From an uncultured Chloroflexia bacterium (GTDB lineage Bacteria; Chloroflexota; Anaerolineae; CG2-30-64-16), in contig CAWEMM010000006.1 of assembly GCA_963810095.1 (NCBI GenBank), forward strand, positions 1,419,353-1,483,352: 64,000 nucleotides of DNA, read 5' to 3'. Below, one piece after another: positions 49,180 to 59,709 of the stretch (within the stretch, counting starts at the first letter, position 1; each line of letters opens with the position of its first letter). The notes beneath the pieces were generated by a model that was given only the letters and a program-made list of their open reading frames with translations, was not told where the DNA came from and made no database searches. Both the position numbers and the translations under genes were made by a program.

Positions 49180-51416
49180 ATGGCACGCAGCATCGTCGAT
49201 CTAAGCACCCTTCCATGGCGTTTCGGCCAGGTCGCCCGCCAGGGCTTTTCGCACGCGGCCGAGCGACGACCGGCGCGCGGTCGCCAACTGGGAACCCGCG
49301 TCAGTCCCCGGCGACGTGCGAGCGGATCTGCTGGCGACGGGATATCTGCGCGGCCTGGATACACCGGAGGATCTTCCGCGGTCAGGCTGGGTGGACAGCG
49401 TCGACTGGTGGTATCGGGTCGATATCGATCCGGTCGAACCGGGAACCACGGTGGTTCTCGAAGCCGACGGGATCGACTACCTCAGCAGCGTGTGGCTGGA
49501 TGGAGAGTTTCTGGCCGCGCACCAGGGCATGTTTGCGCGGCAGGCACTCGTGCTCCCGCCGCCGCATGGAGGCGCCCGGGAAGCACGAGCTGGCGGTGCG
49601 GATTTGGGGCGCGGGTGCGCTGCCGCGCCTCCCCAACCCTCCGCTGCGCCGGGGCCTGCGCCGGCTGATCTGCGGCCTGGGTGTCGTCGACGAATACTTC
49701 CCCGATCGCCTCGCCACCCCCAAAGCGCAATACAGCTTCGGGTGGGACTTCGCGCCGCGCGTGCTGAGCACGGGCATCTGGGACGGCATCCGCCTGGTCC
49801 ACTGCCGGGGCGCCTATCTTTCCGACGTGCAGGTGCTTGCCGAGCCGCTGAGCGAGGGCGACCCGACCCCTGTCCGCTGGACCGTGCGGCTTACGACCCG
49901 GCGATTCGAGGAGCAGCGGCTCACTGCGCGGGTCGAGCTGCGCACGCTCGAAGGTGAACGGATCCCGCTGGCGCGCGATACCTTCGCGTTGGGCGAGGGC
50001 AATGCGGCGGACCTGGTCTTTGATTCGCCGCGACTGGCCCGCTGGTGGCCGTGGGACCAGGGTGAGCCGGCCCTCTACCGCCTTTCAGTTCGACTGTTCG
50101 ACGAGCGCGGGCCGGCCGACGAGGCGGAGACGGTGGTCGGGCGTGCGCACGGTGGGCCGCGAGCGCTTCAAGAACGGGCAGCCCTGGCGTTTCACGGTCA
50201 ACGGCCGCTCGGTCTTCCTGCGCGGGGCGAACTGGGTGCCCGCCGACATCCTGCCCGGCCGGGTGGCCGAGAATGACTATGCCGGCCTGATCGGGCAGGC
50301 GCGGGCCGGGGGGGTCAACTTCCTGCGGGTGTGGGGCGGCGGCATCCGCGAGAAGCCCGCGTTCTGGGAGCTGTGCAACCGGCAGGGCATCCTGGTCATG
50401 CAGGAGTTCCCCCTCGCTTGCACGTTCCTCGATCACTACCCGCGCGATCCGGGCTACCTCTCCGTGCTCGAGTCTGAGGCGCAAGGCATCGTCCGCGGCT
50501 TGCGCAACCACCCAAGTCTGATCGCCTGGTGCGGGGGCAACGAGATCAGCCCGCAACGTGAGCGGCTTCCTCTGCGTACTATTGAGCGGGTGCTGGCGCG
50601 CGAAGACCCCGGCCGGCCCTGGATTCCGGCTTCTCCGTCGACAGGGCGACATCCACAACTGGGACGTGTGGCATGGCGGCGCGCCCTGGCAGTCGTTGGC
50701 GCGGGTTCGCGCCCCGTTCATGAGCGAGTTCGGCGTGCAGGCGCTGCCCCATGCCGACACCATCGCCGAGATGTTTCCGTCGGGCCCGCCCACGCGGCTG
50801 GACGATGCCGGGTGGGCCGCGCGCAAGCTGCAGGCCGACAAGCTGCGTCACTACTGTGGGCCCTTGCCCGAAGAGGACCTGGTAGCCACGATTGAGGCTA
50901 CTCAGAGGACGCAGGCCGCGGCTCTGCAGGCGGGGATCGAGGCGTGCCGGCTCCGCCGCGAGGGCTCGGGCAGCCCGCGCCCATGCGGCGGGCGTGGCCT
51001 TCTGGCAGTTCAATGAGCCGTGGCCCGCGGTCTCCTGGTCCCTGGTCGACCGGCGCGGCCGGCCAAAGGCGGCCTACAGTATGCTCATGCGCAGCTACCA
51101 ACCCCTGCTCGTGGCGGCCGTGTTCGAGCGGCGGGCATGGCGGGCGGGCGACCGGTTCGACGCCGAGATCTGGGTGGTGAACGACGGGGCGGAAGAAGCA
51201 GCAGAGGGCGAAGTCGAGGCGCTGTTGGACGGGCGCAGCGTCTGCCCACGCAGCCGCGTCGCGGCGCCTCCCGCGTCTGCCCGGCAGGTTGGGGCATTCG
51301 GCGTGCAGTTGGCGGGGCCCCCGGCCACCCTCGCGTTGGCGTGGCGGGCAGGCGGTGCGGTTCTTGCCGCCAACGAGTATGACCTGCAGGTCTACTTGCC
51401 GCCGCCGCAGCCCTGA
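49180..51416 (+). pseudogene. glycoside hydrolase family 2 (beta-mannosidase-like) with five +1 frame disruptions
   Basis: The segments run in frame order 1>2>0>1>2>0. They read MARSIVDLSTLPWRF; WEPASVPGDVRADLLATGYL...LEADGIDYLSSVWLDG; HELAVRIWGAG...YSFGWDFAP; FTVNGRSVFLRGANWVP...NHPSLIAWCGGNE; DIHNWDVWHGG...SEFGVQALP; VAFWQFNEPWPAVSWSLVD. Confidence 0.85.
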
Positions 51417-51507
51417 TGGGTTGGCTGATGCGCCGCGCCGGCGAACTGCTGCTGCAAATTGGTTGACACATCGGGGTCGTTTCGGATATCCTCGCAAGCA
51501 GATAAAA

Positions 51508-52547
51508 ATGCGGATAGTCGTCAACGGCTGGTTCTGGGACCGGATGACCGCCGGCAGCGGGCAGTACCTGGCCGCGCTCGGCAGCCGTCTTGCCGCGCGC
51601 CGGCTCGGCGCACGAGTTCATTCTGGCGCTGCCGGCGGCGCACGAAGGAGCCGGCGACGCTCGCTCGAGGGTGGCGCACCGTGCGGCGCGGGACGCCGTT
51701 CGACGCGGCTGCAGCGCAGAACCTGGCCAAGCTGTGGTTCGAGCAGGTCACGTTTCCCGAGCTTGTGCCGCCGTCTGGGGGCGGACGTGGGTTTCGTGCC
51801 CTACTGGGGCTCGCCCTGGGCGCGGCCCTGCCCGATGGTCGTCACGGTGCACGACCTGATCCCGCTGCTGCTGCCGCTGTACCGGGGCGGAAGGCTGCAG
51901 CGGATGTACACCGCGTCTCGTCGGCGCGTACGGCTCGGCGGGCCGCGGCGGTCGTGACGGATTCAGAGGCCAGCCGCCGGGACATCGTGGCCCATCTCCG
52001 CGTGCCGGCAGAACGCGTGCATGCGGTCTATCTGGCGGCGGGCCGGCTGCGAGCTGGGCGCGGACGCCGGACGAGCGCGGCCTTCGCGGCGCGCTTGAAC
52101 CTGCCCGGCGGGCCGTTTTTGCTGTACCTGGGCGGCTTTGACGCACGCAAGAATGTGCTGCGGACGCATCGAAGGCTATGCGAAGCTGGCTCGAGCGGCG
52201 TGGCCGCCGAGGGGGCCGAAGCGCCGGCTTCTGGTCGATTGCGGGCCGGCTGCCCGCGGTCGACTCGGACTTTGCGCCGGATCCGCGGCCGGTGGTCCGC
52301 TCGGCTCGGGCGTGGCGGACCGTGTTCATTTTGCCGGCTGGGTGGACGAGGCAGACAAGGCCGCGCTGTACCGGCATGGCAGCAGGCGTCCTGTTTCGTC
52401 AGCGAGTATGAGGGGTTTGGCCTGCCGGTGCTGGAAGCGATGGCCTGCGACCGGGAAAAGAGATCCACGAGACCTGGTAGGTTCAAGCAACCAGGTCACC
52501 AGCTGCGAGATTGGGGAGTCCTGGTGACTGAACCGTGCGAAGACTGA
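51508..52547 (+). pseudogene. GT4-family glycosyltransferase with many +1 frame disruptions
   Basis: Fragments are spread over all three frames. They read MRIVVNGWFW, NLAKLWFEQVTFP, VVTVHDLIPLLLP, VVTDSEASRRDIVAHL, FLLYLGGFDARKNV, VHFAGWVDEADKAALYR and FVSEYEGFGLPVLEAMAC. Confidence 0.8.
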
Positions 52548-53927
52548 ATCGCGCGGGCCCACAACATCCTGACGCGCACGTTCAGCCTGCGGCGCGACCA
52601 GAACCTGCTGATTTTCGCCGACGTCGCGTCGCTGGAAGTGGTGGAAGTGGTGGCGCGGGTGGCGCGCGAGCTCGGCATCAACGACGACCGCGTTTTTCGT
52701 GCCCGCGGGTGCTCCAGCTCGAGATGGGGCCTAACGAAAGCCTGCCGCTGCCTGCCGAGGCCGCGGTGCGTGAAGCCGACGCGATCCTGAGCTGCCTGTC
52801 CGACCAGCCAGAACACCTGCACTATCGGATGCGCGTGCTGCACGCCAGCTGGGGCCGGCGGGCGCAGGCTCGGCCCACGCGCCCGGCATGACGCTCGAGA
52901 TCGCTGCAGCACGCATCGACACCGACTACGCGGCGATCAGCCGAGCAGGCCCAGCTGCTGAGCCTCGCGCTGATCCTGGGCAAGCGGGTCGAGATCGTCA
53001 CGACGGACAGCCAGCGCCGCGAGCACCGGCTGAACGTGCGGGTCGGCGGCTGGGACTATCCGCCCGGCATCAACGACGGGACGATTCGCGAGGGCGCGTG
53101 GAGCAACCTGCCGCCCGGCGAAGTCTACATCGTGCCGCGCGATGGGGACGGCCAGATCGTCGTCAACGGCTCGATTCCCGGCAAGGTGCTGGGGCCGGCG
53201 GAGGAGCTGATCCTGACTTTCCGCGAGGGCCGGTTGGTCGACGTGGAGCCGGAGGATGTGCCCGCCGCGCGTCATCTGCACGAGACGCAGATCGCCTACG
53301 CGGAGCGCCGCGGCGACACCAACTGGTCGAACCTGGCCGAGGTCGGCTTCGGGCTGAATCCCGCGGTGCAAGACCTGACCGGCCTGGGCGATCGTGGACG
53401 AGAAGAAGGCGCACACGGTTCATGTCGCGGTTGGGCACAGCGCCGGGCTGGGCGGCGACGTAGATTCGGTCATCCACTGCGACATGATCGCCAAGAAGCC
53501 GACTGTCTACGTCAACGGCCGGCTCGATCATGAAGCGGGGCGACTGGCGCATCAACGAGGCGGACTGGCGGCTGGATCACCGCACGGTGACGGTGCCGGT
53601 CGGCTGGTGGGAAAGCATGGGGCAGATTGGCGCGGAGCGGCGCCGCGCACCGAGCGTGAGTCGGGCCGGCTGACATGCGTGTGGAATGCGGGCCGGGGCC
53701 GGTGGGACAGCGCGCCGGTTGGCGTGGAGCAGACGGCGCGCCTGGCCGCTCGCGGTGTACGACCTGCTGCCCGAGAACGGCGTCCCGGTGGGCAAGGCGC
53801 GCGTGGTCGCGCTGGCCGAGCAGGCCGGGCATCCCGTGCGAAGCGCTGCCGCGGCCTGTTCTGGATCATGCTTCAGTTCGACCTGGTCCGGATGTCGCGG
53901 CGCGGTGCCGAGCCAATGCCGACGTAG
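52548..53927 (+). pseudogene. aminopeptidase (M29/AmpS-like) with a C-terminal extension; many +1 frame disruptions and no clear start codon
   Basis: Fragments across the frames read ILTRTFSLRRDQNLLIFAD, LEMGPNESLPLPAEAAVREADAIL, GHAPGMTLE, REGAWSNLPPGEVYIVP...VNGSIPG and VDEKKAHTVHVAVGHS...VIHCDMI. Confidence 0.6.
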
Positions 53928-53976
53928 ACCGGAGACGTCGAAGAACGAGGGGTCGTGGATAGCTGGGGAGAGCATC

Positions 53977-55530
53977 ATGACCGCAGTCAAGACCCCGTGG
54001 CGTCAATCGATGCCGGATTTCCTCCAGTTTCTGGATGGAACGCTGGGACACAAGGTCAAGCTCCACAAGGAAGTGCTCGGCTATGACCTGTATCTCGTCG
54101 ATCTTTCGGACTGGAAGCTGCGCTTCTCCGACCGCACGCCCTTGATCATCGTCAAGGAAGCGCGATCTGGCGTCGATGAGTGCCCGCGAGCTCGCGCAGA
54201 GCCTCGCCGAGGTGGTCCGCGGCCAGTCGCTGGCAGAGCGCAACCCCATCGTCGTCGTGCAGGGACCCGGCAGAGCGAACTCAAGGAGCAGCTGCACGCC
54301 GACGTACCAGCCGCTGCTGGTGCTGGACGAGGCGGACGTGCAGGCCGTGCGCGAGTCGCGGCGGCCCTCGGGCGAATTGCTCGACCGGCTCGCGCCGCAG
54401 CTCGACCTGTCGCTCCTGACGCCCTACGAGACGAGCAAGCCCGTCACCGGCTCGCGCTTCTTCGGCCGGGAGTTCGAGGTGCGCCGCATCCTGCAGACGC
54501 GGCGACAGCAATTTCGCCATTATGGGCATCCGGCGCATCGGCAAGACGTCGCTGATGCGCGAGATCGAGCGCCAGCTGAAGGAGCAGGCGCAGGAGGCCG
54601 AGAGCGAAGAGACGCTGGAGCGCATCATCTTTATGGATTGCAGCGCCATCGCGTCGCCCGAACAACTTCATCCAGGAAGTCGTGCGCAAGCTGCGGCCGC
54701 AGGAGCTGACGCGGCTGTCGTCCAAGCAGTACCCGATCTTCTTCCCCGATTTCCTCGAGCGGATGGCGCAGCGCTACGGCGGCCCGATCATGTTCTTCCT
54801 CGACGAGTTCGACAAGGTGCTTACCTGGCACTACGAGGACGACTCGCTGCTCAACGCGCTGCGGGCGTCGAGCAACCAGGGTCACTCGCGCTATATCGTC
54901 GGCGGCTTCCGCGATGTGATGCGTGCGTTCAGCGACCTGGAATCGCCCCTGTACAACTTCGCGCGGCCCATCCGCCTCAAGGAGTTCAGCCGGGAGCAGG
55001 CCGCGGCGATGATTCTCGGCCCGCTGGAGAAGTTGGGCGTGCAGTTCGAGCGCCGCAACGACGTGGTCAACCGCATCTTCGACGAGACCGCCGGCCAGCC
55101 GAACCTGATCCAGTTCTACTGCAGCATCCTGGTCGAGCGGCTGGACCGCGAGGGCAGCCGGCGCATCGCATCGCTCGCCCGAGAGCCTGTTCGACGTCTA
55201 CGGCAACGACGATTTCCGCGCGTTCGTGCTCAGCACCTTCATGGATAACACGACGCACCTGGAGAAGGCGATCGTGTTTGCGGTGATGGCGGACCTGGGC
55301 GCGGAGCATCCATTCGGCGTCCAGCAGATCGACGGCGCGCTCGAACGTCGCGGGCGTCGAAATCCCGCTGTCCGACCTGGACCTTGCCTGCCGCAACCTG
55401 GAGCTTGGCGGGCACCTTCACCTCGCGCGGGCCGATGTTCCGCTTCGCGACGCCGGTTTTCCCGCGCATGCTGAGCGAGAACTACGACGTAGACTACCTG
55501 TTCCGCAAAGTGCTGCAAGAGGGCATCTGA
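53977..55530 (+). pseudogene. AAA+ ATPase (Arch_ATPase/ORC-like P-loop) with an unknown N-terminal domain; six +1 frame disruptions
   Basis: The frame order is 1>2>0>1>2>0>1. It starts with MTAVKTPWRQSMPDFLQFLDG, followed by FFGREFEVRRIL. The Walker A-like motif is MGIRRIGKTSL and the Walker B-like motif is IMFFLDEFD. Later fragments read AGQPNLIQFYC and ...YLFRKVLQEGI-stop. Confidence 0.7.
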
Positions 55531-55532
55531 CA

Positions 55533-58386
55533 ATGAGCGCTAGCATCGAAGCCTGGCGGATCGTTCCCTACGAAGGAGGCGCATCGCCCGTTCAAGAAGG
55601 TGCGGGTGCGCGACGAGGCCGCGGGTGCGCGCGGTCGTGCGGCACCTGATGAACGACGAGTGCGTCGCCTTGCTCGGTCCGCCCATGAGCGAGAAGAGCC
55701 ACCTGCTGCGGGACGTGGCGGAGGCGCTGGAGCAGGGCGGTCGCTTCCGGCCGCTGCATATCGACTTGTGGCGCACACGATCGAACGATGAGGCCGCCTT
55801 CTTCACCAGCCTTGCCGAGTCTGCTGGCCGACGAGCTGCGGGACGCCGGCGCCGCGAGTCCCGACGAGCCGGCCGAGCACGCGCGGTTCCAGGGTTATCT
55901 CGCCGCTTGCGAATGCGAGCGGCCGCAGCCTTGCGCTGCTGATCGATCACCTGCAGGCGCTGCCGCACGACCTCGTCCACAGCCTGCTGCGTCGCCCTGC
56001 GCGCGGCCTACATGGAGCGCGAGGCCGACGCGCCGCACAGCCTGGTCGCGGTGGTCACCGGCGGCATCAACCTCGTCGGTCTGTCCGTCCGGCCCGACCT
56101 CGCCGTTCAACATCGCCAAACCCGTGGTCGCGACACCGCTGACCCTCGAACAGAGCCGCGCGCTGGCCGAGGCGACGCTCAAGCGCTGGAGTGCTCGGCA
56201 TCCGCCAACGGCATGGACCGCTTGCTGAGCCTGGGCGCAGGCGACCGGTACCTGATTCCGCGGCTCTGCGCCGACAGCTCCGAACTGGTCAGCTTGCACC
56301 GCCTGCACCGCGTGACGTCGGCCATTGCGGATCGCGCCGGCGCGGGCGCTCGTCGCCCGCGGACGCGGCCGCCGCCCGTTCGCGCCGCCATCCGCATGAT
56401 CGAGGAAGACCCGGACACGGTGCTGGACGTGCTGCACCTGCTCGACCACGGCTCGCTGCCGCGCTCACGCTCGCGCCAGATGCCGACGCGCACCGGCACG
56501 GACCGGCTGCAGCTCTCGGGCGCGGTGGTCCTGGTCGGATGGGTGCTACGGCTTTATGAACGAGGCGTACCGCGAGGCGTTGGCCGCGCACTTCACCACC
56601 GACCGGGTCGGGCACATGTTGCGGATTGCCGGGCCGGTGGAGCGAGGCGATCGCCTATCTCGCGCCGCAGCGGGCGCGCGTCGCGCGTCCGCAGCTGCTC
56701 GAAGCCATCGTCCAGATCGATCTATGCGAGCTGACTCGTCCGAACAGGCGTATCGGGCTGCTGGCCGACGGCCTGCGGCTCGGCTTCGGCCTGTCGGACA
56801 TCGGCATCTACTGCGGCGCTGCCGGCCGACTGCTCAGCTCGACCGCGTCTATCCGCCCAAGGACGGCGGCCCGAGGAGCACGTCGACCTGCGCGATCCCG
56901 GGTGCGTCGAGGCCCAGACCTTCAACCTGGGCAACTATGCGCTGCGCGGCACCGCGGATGAGGCGCGCCTGGTCGTCGCGCTGGCATCGGCCAGCCGGCC
57001 GCTCGGCGTCGTGACGATCGAACGCTATGTGCAGAACCGCGATCCGCACGAGCTGCCCGACGAACTGCCCGACCTGCTGCGTTTCCTGCAGCACGCAGTC
57101 CGGGGCGCTGGAAAACGTCATCACTCGGGCTGCCTACCGCGCCATCGGACAGGCCGTGCTGGATGCCAAGGCCATGCAGCCGACCGTGGAGCGGGTGCTC
57201 GAGACGGTAGCGGAGGCGCTTGGGCTGCGACTACGGCGCCCTGTATCTGCGGGATGAGACCGCCGCCAGCTGGAGATGGCCGCAGCAGTCGGCAGGGTGG
57301 TGACGGAGGAGTGGCAGGCGCAGGCGCGCTTTCCCCTCGACGGCCGACACCCCGCGGTCACCGCGCTGCTGGAGGGGCGGATGTTGACGGCGCGAGGGGG
57401 CGAGGACGCAGAGGACCGCGTGCTGCACGACCGTTTCGGCCTGCACCGCTACCTGCGCGTCTTCCTGCCTCTGCTCGCCGGCGGCGAACAGCTCGGCACG
57501 CTCGAACTGGGCTACGCGAGCCGGCCGCATGCGCATGTCGGATGAGCTACAAGCGGACGCTGGTCGAGTTCGCCGACCAGGTGGCGATCGCGGTGCATAA
57601 CATGCTGCTGCTGCGGCGGACGGACGAGGCGCTGGCACGCGCAAGCTGGCCGAGCTTGTCGGTGGGCCGCGAGATTCAGCTCAGCCTGCTGCCGAAGGTC
57701 ACGCCGACCGTTCCCGGCTGGCAGTTCGCGGCCATGTACGAGGCCGCCCGCACCGTCGGCGGCGACTTCTACGACTTCTGCGAATTGCCGGGTCCGCCCG
57801 CATCGGCTGGGCGTCGTCATTGCCGATGTGGCGGACAAGGGCGTGCCGGCCGCGCTGTTCATGGCGGTCAGCCGGACGATCATTCGCAGCGTCGCGCTTC
57901 ACCGGCCGCGGCCCGGCCGTCTGCCCTGATGCGAGCGAACCAACTGATTCTCGCCGACAGCCAGGCCGACCTGTTCCTGAGCGCGATCTACCTGGTGCTC
58001 GAGACCGACAACGGGCGCGGATTTCGTTCAGCAACGCGGGGCACAACCGGCCGCTGCTGGTACCGCGCTGCGGACCGCGCAGCTCACGCGAGCTGACCCA
58101 GCGCGGCATCATCCTGGGCGCGTTCGACGAGATCACGCTGCAGGACGACACGGCTGGACCTGGCCGCCGGCGACGTGCTGGTGCTGTACACGGACGGCGT
58201 CACGGACGCGCTCAACGCGGACGGGCGAGGAGTTCGGCGAGCAGCGCCTGTTCGACGTGGTGCGGGGCAGCGCCGCACGGCAGCGCGCAGGAGATCCTGT
58301 GGGCGATCACGGGCGCGCTGGCGGGCTTCATCGGCGACACGGAGCAGGCGGACGACGTGACCTGCGTCGTGATCAAGAAGGACTAG
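55533..58386 (+). pseudogene. STAND-like ATPase fused to two GAF domains and a PP2C/SpoIIE phosphatase; at least 12 +1 frame disruptions
   Basis: The fragments begin with VALLGPPMSEKSHLL (P-loop) and LALLIDHLQALPHD. The GAF-like fragments are LETVAEALG..GALYLRD and FLPLLAGGEQLGTLELGY. The SpoIIE fragments are [53 protein letters not shown] and DDVTCVVIKKD-stop. Confidence 0.7.
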
Positions 58387-58475
58387 GCCTTTGTTTGTTG
58401 GGGCCCGGATGACCCTCAACACCTGGTTGCATGGGCCGCCTTGCTGTTGGGGGCCGTCGGGCCCCCAACGCCCCC
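58387..58475. repeat. GC-rich hairpin repeat, copy E, left part (interrupted by the IS)
   Basis: It contains GTTGGGGCCCGGATGACCCTCAAC and GTTGGGGGCCGTCGGGCCCCCAACGCCCCC, ending exactly at the IS481 left end. Confidence 0.7.
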
Positions 58476-58562
58476 GTGTATAGACCGGGGACATAGTAGA
58501 CAGTCGTTCGGAGACATGGTAGACGCTAGAATGGGAATAACTGCCACCGGAAGGAGGCTGAT

Positions 58563-59705
58563 ATGCCCTGGCGAGAGGCAAATGCCATGTCCTTACGACT
58601 TGATTTCGTGACCCGAGCTGGTCACGAAGCTGCTAACGTGCGGGCCCTGTGCCGCGAGTTCGGTATCAGCCCGAACACTGCGTACAAGTGGCTTGTGCGC
58701 TACCAGGCGGCGGGGCCCGCGGGGCTGGCCGATCGCTCACGGCGCCCGAACGCAGTCCGAGCCGACACGCCGCCCGGCCGCGAACAGTTGGTGCTGGCGA
58801 CGCGCCAGGCCCACCCGGCCTGGGGCGGCCGCAAGCTCAAGGCCTACCTGGAGCAGGCCGGCTATGCGGACGTGCCGGCAGCTTCCACCATCACAGCCAT
58901 TCTGCGCCGGCACGGGGCGCTGGATGACCAGGAGGGCGCTCAGCATCGCGCCTTTCAGCGTTTCGAACGTGAGGCGCCCAACGAGCTGTGGCAGATGGAC
59001 TTCAAGGGCCATTTTGCGCTCGGGGATGGTACGCGCTGCGACCCCTTGACGGTCCTCGACGACCATGCGCGCTTCCTGTTGGCGCTGGACGCCTGTGCCG
59101 ACGAGACCCGCCGCACGGTGCAGGCCGCGCTGACCGGCGTCTTCGAGCGCTACGGCTTGCCCGAGCGCATCCTGTGCGATCATGGGCCACCGTGGGGCGC
59201 CCCCAATGCCGGCGACGTGTACACGACGTTGAGTGCGTGGCTCTTGCGGCTGGGCATCGGGGTCGTGCACGGGCGGCCCAAGCATCCGCAGACGCAAGGC
59301 AAGGACGAGCGATTGCATCGCACGTTGCGGGCCGAGTTGCTGCGCCGGCAGACGTTCGCCGATCTGCCGGCCTGTCAGCCCGCCTTCGATACCTGGCGGC
59401 AGATGTATAATGAACAGCGCCCGCATGAGGCGCTAGCCATGCAGGTGCCGGCGGCCCGCTATCGGCCCAGCCCGCGCCCGTGGCCCGCCCGCCTGCCCGC
59501 GATCGAGTATCCGGCCAGCGACCGAGTGCGCCGGGTGCAAGATAAGGGCCAGATCAAAGTCGGCGGCCACGAGTTTCGCATCGGCAAAGCCTTCATCGGC
59601 TACCCGGTGGGCCTCCGGCCCACGAACCAGGACGGCTGCTATGACGTTTACTTCTGCGCCCAGCGCATTGGCCAAATTCAACTATCCGCCGGGCAACGGA
59701 TTTAG
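58563..59705 (+). CDS. IS481-family transposase (DDE integrase core), intact
   Basis: The N-terminal HTH reads MPWREANAMSLRLDFV...LCREFGISPNTAYKWLVRY...DRSRRP. The rve-type core reads ELWQMDFKG...DHGPPWG...KHPQTQGKDERLHRTL. Confidence 0.9.
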   Translation: MPWREANAMSLRLDFVTRAGHEAANVRALCREFGISPNTAYKWLVRYQAAGPAGLADRSRRPNAVRADTPPGREQLVLATRQAHPAWGGRKLKAYLEQAGYADVPAASTITAILRRHGALDDQEGAQHRAFQRFEREAPNELWQMDFKGHFALGDGTRCDPLTVLDDHARFLLALDACADETRRTVQAALTGVFERYGLPERILCDHGPPWGAPNAGDVYTTLSAWLLRLGIGVVHGRPKHPQTQGKDERLHRTLRAELLRRQTFADLPACQPAFDTWRQMYNEQRPHEALAMQVPAARYRPSPRPWPARLPAIEYPASDRVRRVQDKGQIKVGGHEFRIGKAFIGYPVGLRPTNQDGCYDVYFCAQRIGQIQLSAGQRI

Positions 59706-59709
59706 CTCA

